Assembly: GCA_036525315.1 (NCBI GenBank)
Contig: DATDAS010000047.1
Location: 61,497-125,496 of the forward strand
Length of the DNA: 64,000 nucleotides
DNA from: Allosphingosinicella sp.
Lineage (GTDB): Bacteria > Pseudomonadota > Alphaproteobacteria > Sphingomonadales > Sphingomonadaceae
Reading direction: 5' to 3'
The translations under genes were made by a program, and so were the position numbers. Under the pieces are notes generated by a model that was not told the DNA's origin, made no database searches, and was given only the letters and a program-made list of their open reading frames with translations. This document shows positions 36,963-47,564 of the stretch, piece by piece (within the stretch, counting starts at the first letter, position 1; the number at the start of each line of letters is the position of its first letter).

Positions 36963-37538
36963 CTGGTCCGGCTCAACAGGATCTACACCCGCACCGGCGA
37001 TTCCGGCGATACCGGGCTCGCCGACGGATCGCGAATCCCCAAGGACCATGTCCGGGCCGAGGCGATCGGCGACGTCGACGAAGCCAATAGCGCGATCGGG
37101 GTCGCCCTGATCCACGTCCGCGACGCTCCGCACCGCTCGATGCTGGTCGCGATCCAGAACGAATTGTTCGATCTCGGCGCCGATCTCGCAACGCCCGGCG
37201 AGGATTACGCCCCGTCCGAGACGGCGCTTCGGATCGTCCAGCCGCAGATCGACCGGCTCGAGCGCGAGATCGACGGGATGAACGAGAATCTCGAGCCGCT
37301 GCGAAGCTTCATCCTTCCGGGGGGCGGCGACGGGGCCGCCCATATTCACATCGCCCGTGCGATCGTCCGCCGGGCTGAGCGCAGGGCGGTCGCCGCGGCG
37401 CGCGAGGTGCCGCTCAATCCGCTTGCGCTCGTCTATCTCAATCGGCTCTCGGATCATTTGTTCGTGCTCGCGCGTCTGGTCGCGCGGACGGAGGGCGGCG
37501 ACATCCTCTGGCAACCCGGCGCGACGCGATCGGCCTGA
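36963..37538 (+). CDS. PduO-type ATP:cob(I)alamin adenosyltransferase, apparently starting at a non-canonical codon (CTG 36963 or 36957)
   Basis: Frame 0 is open from 36747. The conserved N-terminus VRLNRIYTRTGDSGDTGL is encoded from 36966, but the first ATG/GTG/TTG in frame is ATG 37140. The rest is PduO-like (IQNELFDLGADLATP, FILPGG, AHIHIARAIVRRAER, YLNRLSD). Confidence 0.8.
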   Translation: MVRLNRIYTRTGDSGDTGLADGSRIPKDHVRAEAIGDVDEANSAIGVALIHVRDAPHRSMLVAIQNELFDLGADLATPGEDYAPSETALRIVQPQIDRLEREIDGMNENLEPLRSFILPGGGDGAAHIHIARAIVRRAERRAVAAAREVPLNPLALVYLNRLSDHLFVLARLVARTEGGDILWQPGATRSA

Positions 37539-37581
37539 CTCCGCGCGTCCATTTGTTGTAGGGAAGAGGTCAGGAGGGCTG

Positions 37582-38846
<1,265 letters not shown>

Positions 38847-38850
<4 letters not shown>

Positions 38851-39812
38851 GCGATCCTGGAGAAGCAGGCGAAGCGGACCCGGCCTTCCGCAGCGACGTG
38901 CTCGCAGGCCTTGCGGCGCCGATCCCGGCCGTCCCGGCACGCTGGTTCTACGACCGCCGCGGTTCCGAGCTGTTCGAGGCGATCACCCGGCTTCCCGAAT
39001 ATTATCTGACCCGGACCGAGACCGGCCTGCTCGAGCGGCACAGCCCCGACGTCGCCCGGATCGCCGGCCGCGGCACCGCGGTGATCGAGTTCGGATCGGG
39101 CGCCTCGACCAAGACGAGGATCCTGCTCCGGGCGATCGATCCAGCGGCCTATGTGCCGATCGACATCAGCGGCGATTTCCTGAGGGAGGCGGCCGACAGC
39201 CTGAGCGAGGAGTTCCCCGAGCTTCCGATCCACCCGGTCGAGGCGGATTTCACCGGCGCCATCGACCTTCCCGACGCGGTCGCGGGCCTGCCCAAGCTCG
39301 GCTTTTTCCCGGGCTCGACCATCGGCAATCTCGTGCCCCGGACCGGAGTCGATCTGCTCCGGGCGATGAAGGACACTTTGGGTCCGGGCGCCTGGCTGCT
39401 CATCGGAATGGACCGGATCAAGGACGAGGCGGTGCTTCTCGAAGCCTATAACGACGCGGCCGGAGTGACCGCCGAGTTCAACCTCAACCTGCTCCACCGG
39501 ATCAACCGCGAGCTTGGCGGCGACATCCCGATCCATGATTTCCGCCACCGGGCGATCTGGAACGACGAGAAAGGCCGGATCGAGATGCACCTCGAGGCGG
39601 TTCGCGACGTCTCCTTCACCGTCTCGGGCACCCGCTTCGACTTCAGGGCCGGCGAGACGATCCACACCGAGAACAGCCACAAATACGGCCTCCGCGATTC
39701 CCGCCTGCTGCTGCGCGCCGCCGGCTGGGGAATCGTCGAGCAATGGACCGACGAGGAAGAAAGGTTCGCGATGATCCTGGCCGAGAGCGAAGCCCCGAGG
39801 TTCGCCCCCTAA
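38847..39812 (+). CDS. egtD: L-histidine N(alpha)-methyltransferase EgtD
   Basis: PARWFYDRRGSELFEAITRLPEYYLTRTE, IEFGSGASTKTRILL, FFPGSTIGN and IHTENSHKY. ATGA overlap with the egtB stop (38847-38850). Confidence 0.92.
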
Positions 39813-39816
39813 TGCG

Positions 39817-39854
39817 GGGACACTATACTTATATCGATATAAGTATAGTGTCCC
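39817..39854. repeat. Perfect 38-bp AT-rich palindrome GGGACACTATACTTATATCGATATAAGTATAGTGTCCC between convergent genes
   Basis: The sequence equals its own reverse complement, checked base by base. It begins 5 nt after the egtD stop and ends 5 nt before the stop of the convergent gene. One arm recurs exactly at 10757-10776. Confidence 0.9.
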
Positions 39855-39858
39855 TCTA

Positions 39859-40875
39859 TTAACGCACCAGCTTCGCGCGCCAGACTGTGATGTAGTCGGT
39901 CGAGCCGCGGCACTCGCCCATGGTCGCTTGCTCGACCAGCCGGAAGCGGCTGCCGTCCCAGGCGTAGGAGGAGGAGGTGCCGCAATCGCCGAGGCCGCGG
40001 CCCTTCGAAAAGCTTCCGAGCAGTCCGGAGGCCGGATCCCAATCGGCGTTGACGAGGACGGGCAGGCCATTGTCCCACCAGTCGGGCTTCACGTCGAACG
40101 GCGCGGGCGCGATGGCGACGGTCCGCCCGCGGCGGGTCGCGACGAACGGGACGTGGCTGACATTATAGGCGCCCGAGCCGCAGGCGAGCAGGACCAGGCT
40201 CTGGCCGGCGCCGAGCGCATGGACCTCCGCGCTGTCCGGGCCGCCCACCTCGTCGATCGTGCAGCCGTGCTGCCTTCGAAGCGCCTGGATCCGCGCGGCG
40301 CCGATTGCGATGGGCGGCGACCTGGTCAACGGCACGGCCCTGACGATCGGTAGCGGCGGAGGCGGCGCGACCGAGGCGGCCGGACGGGCTCCGGTGCGGA
40401 CCAGGGCCGTCTCGGTCCCGACCCGCTTCTGCCGGTCGTCCATGTAGAGCAGGGCGGCGCTCGCGCCCTTGAGAGAGACGGTGCCGGCCCCGCTTCCGTT
40501 GGCGCCGAGCACCTTCAAATGATTGCCCGAACGTATCGCGGCGACCAGAGCCGGCACGTCGGCCGGGACCACTTTCGCTTCACCCTCGCCGGGAATCAGA
40601 CGGACGGGCAGCCTCTTGCCGTCGAGCTCCAGCGCCGTTCCCATCCCTTCGCGCATCGTGATCGAGATTTCCGGCACCGCGCCCGCCTCCGGCCCGCGCG
40701 CCAGCACGATGGTGGCGGCATCGTCCGGCCAGTTCTCCGGCACCAGCCCGACCGCCTGGCAGGCTCGAACATTGTCGCAGCCGACGGTCCAGTCGCCATA
40801 CACCTGGAGCTCTTCGGGTTTGGGGACGGGCGAGGCCGCGGCGGCGGCGGCGAGGACGATCGGGAGCAGGTTCAT
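39859..40875 (-). CDS. Secreted hypothetical protein, Cys-containing (possibly DUF1176-like)
   Basis: Signal peptide MNLLPIVLAAAAAASP and several conserved-looking Cys pairs (VGCDNVRACQ, CTIDE, LLACGSGAYN, GDCGT, GECRG). The family name is from memory and was not verified. Confidence 0.7.
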   Translation of the reverse strand: MNLLPIVLAAAAAASPVPKPEELQVYGDWTVGCDNVRACQAVGLVPENWPDDAATIVLARGPEAGAVPEISITMREGMGTALELDGKRLPVRLIPGEGEAKVVPADVPALVAAIRSGNHLKVLGANGSGAGTVSLKGASAALLYMDDRQKRVGTETALVRTGARPAASVAPPPPLPIVRAVPLTRSPPIAIGAARIQALRRQHGCTIDEVGGPDSAEVHALGAGQSLVLLACGSGAYNVSHVPFVATRRGRTVAIAPAPFDVKPDWWDNGLPVLVNADWDPASGLLGSFSKGRGLGDCGTSSSYAWDGSRFRLVEQATMGECRGSTDYITVWRAKLVR

Positions 40876-40980
40876 GGAGCGAGGCTAGCGCGCCCGTCCC
40901 GCGGGTGGAAGGCCGCCCCGGCATTGCCCCCTCCGGCCGCCTCGCTTACATGGCTTTTCCAGCCTCCGCGGGGAATTTGA

Positions 40981-41286
40981 ATGCCTCTTGCGATCATCAA
41001 CGTGGTCATGATGCTTCTGAGCGTGCTGACCTGGATCATCATCATCCAGTGCGTCCTTAGCTTCCTCGTCGCGTTCAACGTCATCAACACCTACAACGAT
41101 TTCATCCGCTCGTTCCTGAACGCGCTGAACAGGATCTGCGAGCCGCTGTACCGGCCGGTGCGAAGGGTCCTGCCCGATTTCGGCGGCGTCGATTTCTCGC
41201 CCTTCGTCGTCCTGATCCTCCTGGCCGTGCTGCGAATGCTGCTGGACGGCGTGGCGACGGATATCGCCGCCTCCTACGGGGCATGA
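40981..41286 (+). CDS. YggT family membrane protein
   Basis: 101 aa, with the typical YggT pattern [17 protein letters not shown] ... [26 protein letters not shown]. Confidence 0.88.
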   Translation: MPLAIINVVMMLLSVLTWIIIIQCVLSFLVAFNVINTYNDFIRSFLNALNRICEPLYRPVRRVLPDFGGVDFSPFVVLILLAVLRMLLDGVATDIAASYGA

Positions 41287-42167
41287 CCGCGCAGACGATC
41301 GACGGAAAGAGCTTCGCCCAGCGGCTTCGCGCCCGGGTGGCCGAGGCCGTCCCCGCCTTCGTCGAGGCCGCCGGCCGGCCGCCGGGCCTCGCGGTGGTGC
41401 TGGTCGGCGACGATCCGGCGAGCCAGGTCTATGTCCGCTCCAAGGGCAAGGCGACGGTCGAGACGGGAATGGCGAGCTTCGAGCATCGCCTCCCGGACAC
41501 GGTCAGCCAGCCGGAGCTTCTGGCACTGGTCGAGCGTCTCTGCCTCGACGACGAGGTCGACGGCATATTGGTCCAGATGCCGCTTCCGGCCGGGATCGAC
41601 GACAAGGCGGTGATCGAGGCGATCGATCCCGACAAGGACGTCGACGGATTCACGCCGGTGAACGCCGGCCGCCTGGCCGTCGGCGAGGACGGCCTCGTCC
41701 CCTGCACGCCCCTGGGCTGCCTGATGCTTCTCAAGGACCGGCTCGGCGAGCTTTCGGGCCTCGAGGCGGTCGTGATCGGCCGCTCCAACATCGTCGGCAA
41801 GCCGATGGCGCAACTGCTTCTGCGCGAGAATTGCACCGTGACGATCGCCCACAGCCGGACTCGCGACCTGGCCGACGTGGTGCGCCGGGCCGACATCGTC
41901 GTGGCGGCAGTCGGCCGCCCGGAGATGATCCAGGGAGGCTGGCTGAAGCCCGGCGCCACGGTGATCGACGTCGGGATCAACCGGGTTCCGAACGGTGAGG
42001 GCACGCGGCTGGTCGGCGACGTCGACCATGAGAGCGCCCGCGAGGTCGCCGGAGCGATCACTCCGGTTCCGGGCGGAGTTGGGCCGATGACCATCGCCGT
42101 CCTGATGCGCAACACGCTGGTCGCCGCCTGCGCCCGCGCCGGCCTTCCGGCCCCGGCCGGCCTGTGA
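41283..42167 (+). CDS. folD: Bifunctional methylenetetrahydrofolate dehydrogenase / methenyltetrahydrofolate cyclohydrolase
   Basis: [53 protein letters not shown] and [16 protein letters not shown] overlap with yggT. Confidence 0.97.
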   Translation: MTAQTIDGKSFAQRLRARVAEAVPAFVEAAGRPPGLAVVLVGDDPASQVYVRSKGKATVETGMASFEHRLPDTVSQPELLALVERLCLDDEVDGILVQMPLPAGIDDKAVIEAIDPDKDVDGFTPVNAGRLAVGEDGLVPCTPLGCLMLLKDRLGELSGLEAVVIGRSNIVGKPMAQLLLRENCTVTIAHSRTRDLADVVRRADIVVAAVGRPEMIQGGWLKPGATVIDVGINRVPNGEGTRLVGDVDHESAREVAGAITPVPGGVGPMTIAVLMRNTLVAACARAGLPAPAGL

Positions 42168-42787
42168 TCGAGCTCTTCACCTCCGCCTTCGTCACGCTTC
42201 TGGTGGTGATCGATCCGCCCGGCTGCGCCCCGATCTTCGCCGGATTGACCCGCGACGCGCCGGCTCCGCAGCGGCGGATGATGGCGATCCGGGCGACCGC
42301 CATAGCCGCGGCGATCCTCATCTTCTTCGGACTGTTCGGAGAGGATCTGCTCGACGCGCTCGGAGTCAGCCTCGCGGCATTCCGGATCGCGGGCGGGATC
42401 ATGCTGTTCCTGATCGCCATCGACATGGTGTTCGAGAAGCGCACCCAGCGCCGCGAGAGCCGCGCCCAGGAAGTCAGCGCCGATCCGGGGCATGACGATC
42501 CGAGCGTCTTCCCGATGGCGATCCCGATGATCGCCGGCCCGGGATCGATCGCCTCGATCATGCTCCTGATGGCGCGGAGCGACGGCCTGTCCGAATCCCT
42601 CGTCGTCCTCGGTGCGCTGGCCGCGACCCTGATCCTCACCTTGCTCTGTCTGCTCGCCGCCGGTCCGCTGATGCGGATGCTCGGCCACAAGACCGAGGCG
42701 ATGCTCACGCGCCTGCTCGGAGTCATTCTCGCCGCTCTGGCCGTCCAGTTCGTGATCGACGGGATCAGCACCAGCTTCGAGATCTAG
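42164..42787 (+). CDS. MarC family (UPF0056) membrane protein
   Basis: The N-terminal [21 protein letters not shown] and [13 protein letters not shown] motifs are typical of MarC. The start overlaps the folD stop. Confidence 0.88.
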   Translation: MIELFTSAFVTLLVVIDPPGCAPIFAGLTRDAPAPQRRMMAIRATAIAAAILIFFGLFGEDLLDALGVSLAAFRIAGGIMLFLIAIDMVFEKRTQRRESRAQEVSADPGHDDPSVFPMAIPMIAGPGSIASIMLLMARSDGLSESLVVLGALAATLILTLLCLLAAGPLMRMLGHKTEAMLTRLLGVILAALAVQFVIDGISTSFEI

Positions 42788-43057
42788 GGTCCGTACCCGG
42801 CGCCGGAGGCGGTCGTGACGGGTTGGCATTTGTTGTCCGGCTAGGAGCGAGGAAGGAGCGATGCTTGATGCATCGTGACTGATCGAGGGACGACGTCCGG
42901 GCGGCAAAGGACAGCCCGCCGCTTCGCGGTCGACCGGAGAAGGCAACTGGCGGCGTCGATCACCTCGGACGGGCTGCCCGGCCCGCCCTTCGGCGCTCTC
43001 CTGGCCAGTTGCCTTCTCCGGTCGATCACGGCCACCTCCGGCGCCGGGTACGGACCC
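42787..43057. repeat. Nested inverted repeats forming a structured intergenic element of about 270 bp
   Basis: The outer arms 42787-42812 and 43032-43057 are complementary at 25 of 26 positions. The inner arms 42927-42951 and 43004-43025 are complementary over 22 nt. A further GGGCGG-N10-CCGCCC hairpin lies near 42898-42920. Confidence 0.75.
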
Positions 43058-43103
43058 TTACAGCGGATCTTAACCCAAAGCGGCTAGTCCCGCTTCGAGC
43101 GAC

Positions 43104-44072
43104 ATGTCTTCGAAACAGGCCTTATTGAAGCTGGCGGAAGCGGCCGGCCTTTCGGCGGCGGCCCGGCGCGCGACCGCCGGTCGTCTGCGCATTCTCTGCT
43201 ATCACGGACTTTGGGTCACACCGGGCCATCAGTTCGGCGACTGCCTGTTCATCAGGCCCGAGCAATTCGAGGCGCGGATGGCGCGGATCGCCCGATCGGG
43301 GCTTCCGGTCCTTCCCCTCGGCGAGGCGGTCGAGCGGCTCGGAGAAGACAGCCTGCCCGACGGCGCCCTGGTCGTGACCATCGACGATGCCTGGGTCTCG
43401 ACCTTCACCCACATGCTGCCCGTGCTCGAGAAATATGCGCTCCCGGCGACGCTCTATGCGACGACCTGGTATGCAGGACGCGACCTTCCCGTCGTCAACG
43501 TCGCGATCGACTATCTGCTCGATGCCTCGGGCCGCCGCGATCTGGACCGCGATTCGGCGGTCGAACGGATCGAGCGGCTGCCGGTCGGCGAGCGGCTCGA
43601 GGCGCTCCGCGCCTTCGGCCGCGAGCTCGGAGTCTCCGAAGCCTGGCTCGAGACCCGCCAGTTCAACATCATGTCGGGCGAGGAGCTGGCCGAGGCGCAG
43701 CGTCGCGGCCTCGACGTCCAGCTCCACACCCATCGCCATATCGACGTCGCCACCGAGCTCGACGCTCTGCCCCGGGAGATCGAGGAGAATCGCGCCTTCC
43801 TCGAAGCGGCCGGCGTGGCCGGACCGTTCGACCATTTCTGCTATCCGAGCGGCGCCAGCCACGAGCGCGCCGCCGGCTTGCTCGCCGCGAGCGGAGTGCG
43901 CTCGGCGACGCTGGTCGACCAGGGCATCAACCTGCCCCGCGCGGATCCTTATGCGCTCCGCCGCTTCCTCGACGCCCGCCACGTCGGCGAGGCAGAGTTC
44001 GACGCCTATCTGTCCGGCCTGCTCCACTATCTCGCGCCCGCGCAAAAGCTCCGAGGGCTGGTGTCAGGGTAA
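43104..44072 (+). CDS. Polysaccharide deacetylase (NodB homology) family protein
   Basis: RILCYHGL, VVTIDDAWVS (the catalytic DD motif), ATLYATT and QLHTHRH (His motif). Confidence 0.82.
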   Translation: MSSKQALLKLAEAAGLSAAARRATAGRLRILCYHGLWVTPGHQFGDCLFIRPEQFEARMARIARSGLPVLPLGEAVERLGEDSLPDGALVVTIDDAWVSTFTHMLPVLEKYALPATLYATTWYAGRDLPVVNVAIDYLLDASGRRDLDRDSAVERIERLPVGERLEALRAFGRELGVSEAWLETRQFNIMSGEELAEAQRRGLDVQLHTHRHIDVATELDALPREIEENRAFLEAAGVAGPFDHFCYPSGASHERAAGLLAASGVRSATLVDQGINLPRADPYALRRFLDARHVGEAEFDAYLSGLLHYLAPAQKLRGLVSG

Positions 44073-44106
44073 GCGGATCGTAAACTATCTGCCCTAGGAT
44101 CGCGCC

Positions 44107-45072
44107 ATGACCGCCGATCCGCACGCGAAACCGATCGCCGCCGGAGCCGTCTTCCCGGCCGAGGCGCTATTCCCGAGCTGGCGCGGCAACCAGCCTTTCG
44201 CCGATCGCCTCAAGCCCGTCTCCGATGCGCTCCATAGCGCTCATTCCGGTTTGGCCGCCGCGATCGAAGCGCTTCCGTTCGACCGCTTCGAAGCGGCATG
44301 GGGGGCAGCCGGCACGGGCTGCAAATATACGCACGTGCCCGCCGCCGCGGCTGCTTTGCTCGAGGGCCTCCCTGAGGAACTTCGTTCTCCCTGGCTCTGC
44401 GCGCTTCTGCTCCGGCATGGCGAGCGCTTCGAACGGGCTTTCGCGGCGACCGGCCTCCCTGCCGAGTTCGCGCTCCATTATACCGACACGTTCCAGCGCC
44501 TGCTCGACCAGATCGAAAAGGATCCGGGCTTCGCCGACCTGTCGAGCGATTCCTTCCTCAAGGACCTCTGGCTCGCGCGCCTGGTGATGATCCCCGCCTT
44601 TGCCCAAGTCTGGTGGCCCTGGTCCGGCCTGTCCGGCCGCGACGTGCTTCGCGGCGGACCCGCGGCGCTCGCCCAGGTCTTCCTGCGTTGCGGCGGCCGG
44701 CGCCCGTTCCTCGAAGGCCATACCCACGATCCGGTCGCCCGCGCCTATTGGAACGAGGCCGGGTGGCGCGAGGCGCTTCGGCTCGCCGCTCTCGCTCTGC
44801 CGGCGCTCCCGTGGGCGAAGGGCGTGTTCGGAACGGCCTGGTTCTACGACCCGGCGGTCAGGGAGATCAGCCCGCGAATAGCTTTCGCCCAGGACCTCCA
44901 GGCCGGCCATGGCGCGTTCCGCCTCAAGATCGGGAGCAACGAGGCGGCGATCGCCAACGCCACCGCGACCTCGGCCGAGCGCCGCAACCGCTACAAGGAC
45001 GGCGCCTATCTGCCGACCGATTACGCCCTGATCTGGTCGCGAAAGGACATAAGGGCCGCTTACGGCGCCTGA
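44107..45072 (+). CDS. Hypothetical protein (no recognisable motif)
   Basis: 321-aa ORF with GC-typical codon usage, tightly packed after the deacetylase gene. It overlaps the convergent gene by 13 nt. Confidence 0.6.
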   Translation: MTADPHAKPIAAGAVFPAEALFPSWRGNQPFADRLKPVSDALHSAHSGLAAAIEALPFDRFEAAWGAAGTGCKYTHVPAAAAALLEGLPEELRSPWLCALLLRHGERFERAFAATGLPAEFALHYTDTFQRLLDQIEKDPGFADLSSDSFLKDLWLARLVMIPAFAQVWWPWSGLSGRDVLRGGPAALAQVFLRCGGRRPFLEGHTHDPVARAYWNEAGWREALRLAALALPALPWAKGVFGTAWFYDPAVREISPRIAFAQDLQAGHGAFRLKIGSNEAAIANATATSAERRNRYKDGAYLPTDYALIWSRKDIRAAYGA

Positions 45073-46886
45073 CGAGCGGCGGCCGGCGTGGCCCTTTTCG
45101 GCAGCATCACCCGCCACATCTTGTAGGGCGAATCCTTGGGAAGCTCGACCTTGCCGAGCCAGGCCGGGACCTGCCCCTTGTTGAGCTGGACGTAAAAACC
45201 GTTGGGAGCCGCCGCGGCGTAGATGGTCGATTCCGACAGGCTCGGACAGATCAGGACATAGTCGATGCCCCGCCGCTCGATCACCTCGCGCGCATGTTCG
45301 GGCGTGCCCCGGAAGGTGGTCGCGATATCGACGATGTCCTCGTCGTTGCGGTGATAGGGCCCGGCGACCGCGTCATGATGGGTGACGGCGATCAGCCGCG
45401 GGCCAAGATCGATGAAGGTCAGCACATAGCCCTTCGGCTGTCGGGCGACCGCCCGGAGCCCGCGCAACGAGGGGCACTGGGCGTTGGCCCGGTTGATCGA
45501 TTTGAGCCTGGGCGCCCTGGTGTCCGGAATGAGGCGAGCCGCCTGCTGCGCCGCGATGCCCGAGACGATCAGGAAGGCGGCGACCGTTCCGAGCACGCGC
45601 ACGAGCATGTGCCTGCTGTTCAGGGTCTTCGGGATTGCGAGCCAGCCAAGCGCCGCCGCGCCCGGCACGGCGAGCAGCTGCGCGGCGGGACCGGCCCGGC
45701 TCTGCCAGAGCAGGAGCGAGGCGGCGAGAAGGGCCGGCGCCGCGATCGACGCCCAGAGAATCAATTTCTCGCGGTCGAGGCGGACTCGCCACAGGGTCAC
45801 CGCATAGCCGATCAGTCCGATCACCGGCAGCGAGGTCACCACCACCGCGGTCTGGAAGCCGTGGCGGTAGATCGGCCGGGCCTCGCGCACATTGTTGAGC
45901 CAGAGCGCCTCGGCCTGGGGCGACACGCCTTCGAGCCGCGAGAGGCAATGCGGCCAGGCCCAGGCGAACGCGCCGGCAAGCACGGCCCCGGCCGCCGCGG
46001 CAAGCGCCAGGCGGATCGGCCAGCGGGCCGGCGAGGCCATTGCGAGCAGGACGGCAAGAGCGCCCGCAACGATCATCGCCCACAGCCAGACCGGCGACAG
46101 AGCGTCGCAGACCGGCGCCCGGTTGGCGTAGGATGCGAAAACGAGATAGGCGGTCGAGCAGCCCCCCGCGAGGCTGGCGCCATAGGTTGCGAGCCGCCGC
46201 GCCTGACCGGGGTCGATGAGCCAGCGAAGGACGGTGAGTCCGCCCGCCAGCGCCAGATACAGGAGCATCTCGAGCCCGATCGCCAGCGAGAGCGCGGTCG
46301 CGATCCCCAGCAAGGCGCCGCCGCGGGCGCGCTTCGGATCGGTGAGCGCGGCGACGACCAAAGCGAGCATCGCCAGCTGCCAGCCGTGATGATCGATCCG
46401 AAGCGGCATGAACATGCCGCGGGTCGATGGGGCAAGGACCAGGATGGCGATCGCGAGCGCGAAGGCCTTGGGCGAGATCATCCGCCGAGCGACGACCGCG
46501 ACGGCGCCCATCAGCACCGCCATCGGGATGATCGGCGCGAAGGCGACCGCCGCCCGCTCCGCCGCGGCCCCTCCCATAAAGGGCGCGAGAGCGAGCTTGA
46601 TGCCGGCGATCGGAAGGTCGACCAGCCGCGACCAGTGGATGTCGGCGCCTCCCGGAGGGTCGAGCCGATGCTGCCTGAGATCGTACCAATCCTGCCCGGC
46701 GAGCAGGTCGCGGACCTGCATCATGCGCAGATTGTCGTCGGTGTCGCCGAGCGCGAAGGCGTTGATCGCCGCCCAGCGGTCGATCAGGAATATGATTGCG
46801 AAGAGCAGCCAGAAGAGCAGGACGAACCAGCGCCATCTCTTCTCCAGCCCGTCCAGCTCCCCCATTGCCGCTTTCGCCCTTTCCAA
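45060..46886 (-). CDS. Multi-pass membrane protein, GT-C-fold glycosyltransferase-like
   Basis: About 600 aa with at least 10 hydrophobic segments. The first predicted loop has an acidic motif (LGDTDDNLRMMQVRDL), and a soluble C-terminal domain of about 130 aa follows. The fold is inferred, not shown. The start is TTG 46886 or ATG 46865. Confidence 0.7.
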   Translation of the reverse strand: MERAKAAMGELDGLEKRWRWFVLLFWLLFAIIFLIDRWAAINAFALGDTDDNLRMMQVRDLLAGQDWYDLRQHRLDPPGGADIHWSRLVDLPIAGIKLALAPFMGGAAAERAAVAFAPIIPMAVLMGAVAVVARRMISPKAFALAIAILVLAPSTRGMFMPLRIDHHGWQLAMLALVVAALTDPKRARGGALLGIATALSLAIGLEMLLYLALAGGLTVLRWLIDPGQARRLATYGASLAGGCSTAYLVFASYANRAPVCDALSPVWLWAMIVAGALAVLLAMASPARWPIRLALAAAAGAVLAGAFAWAWPHCLSRLEGVSPQAEALWLNNVREARPIYRHGFQTAVVVTSLPVIGLIGYAVTLWRVRLDREKLILWASIAAPALLAASLLLWQSRAGPAAQLLAVPGAAALGWLAIPKTLNSRHMLVRVLGTVAAFLIVSGIAAQQAARLIPDTRAPRLKSINRANAQCPSLRGLRAVARQPKGYVLTFIDLGPRLIAVTHHDAVAGPYHRNDEDIVDIATTFRGTPEHAREVIERRGIDYVLICPSLSESTIYAAAAPNGFYVQLNKGQVPAWLGKVELPKDSPYKMWRVMLPKRATPAAARQAP

Positions 46887-46907
46887 GCTCAGCCCCGGGC
46901 CTTAATC

Positions 46908-46986
46908 GCTAGCGTGCTGGATTAGAAGTTCGCTTGAGGGTCGGATCGCGCTCGGAGCGAACTTCTAATTCAAAGAGCACGCTAGC
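46908..46986. repeat. Long hairpin A (11 + 14 bp stem, 21-nt loop) in a divergent intergenic region; possible structured RNA or MITE-like element
   Basis: 46908-46918 pairs with 46976-46986, and 46921-46934 pairs with 46956-46969, all Watson-Crick. Confidence 0.75.
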
Positions 46987-46997
46987 ACAGGGATTCG

Positions 46998-47068
46998 CTA
47001 GTGTGGCTGAAGATTTGGAAATTCGCTCTGAGTCCTCCATCAGGCGAATTTCCAAATCGCCACACTAG
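46998..47068. repeat. Long hairpin B (10 + 15 bp stem, 17-nt loop), with the same architecture as hairpin A
   Basis: 46998-47007 pairs with 47059-47068, and 47012-47026 pairs with 47044-47058. The loop TCTGAGTCCTCCATCAG contains CCTCC. Confidence 0.75.
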
Positions 47069-47095
47069 GCCGCCAAAGGGCAACAAGCTTCACTC

Positions 47096-47497
47096 ATGGT
47101 ACCTGAAGAACATCGCGAGCTGTTCGGGCAGCTGGTCCGATTCGGGCTGACCGGCGGCCTGCTGACCATATTGGTCGCGGGCGGTTATTGGGTGCTTGCG
47201 ACGCCCTTCCGCGTCGAGCCCATGACCGCGATGACCATCGCCTTCCTGATCGTCACCGGAATCGGATATCTGCTGCACAGCAATTTCAGCTTCAGGGGCC
47301 ATGGCAGCCGCGACCGGGCGGCGGTCCGCACGGTCCGCTTCTTCACGGTCAACATCCTCGGCTTCCTCACCAACCAGTTCTTCATCTGGCTCCTGGTCAA
47401 GCATATGGACGGACCGACCTGGTGGCCGATCCCGTTCATCATCTTGATAACGCCGATCCTCACCTTCACCCTGAACAGGAAATGGGTGTTCGGCTGA
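47096..47497 (+). CDS. GtrA family membrane protein
   Basis: 133 aa, four TM segments, N-terminal LVRFGLTGGLLTIL and C-terminal TLNRKWVF, both typical of GtrA-like proteins. Confidence 0.87.
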   Translation: MVPEEHRELFGQLVRFGLTGGLLTILVAGGYWVLATPFRVEPMTAMTIAFLIVTGIGYLLHSNFSFRGHGSRDRAAVRTVRFFTVNILGFLTNQFFIWLLVKHMDGPTWWPIPFIILITPILTFTLNRKWVFG

Positions 47498-47564
47498 GCG
47501 AATTCCGCTTCCTCTTTCCGCTTTGTTAACCATTTCCGGCAACATTTGTGGCAGACCAGAGCCC

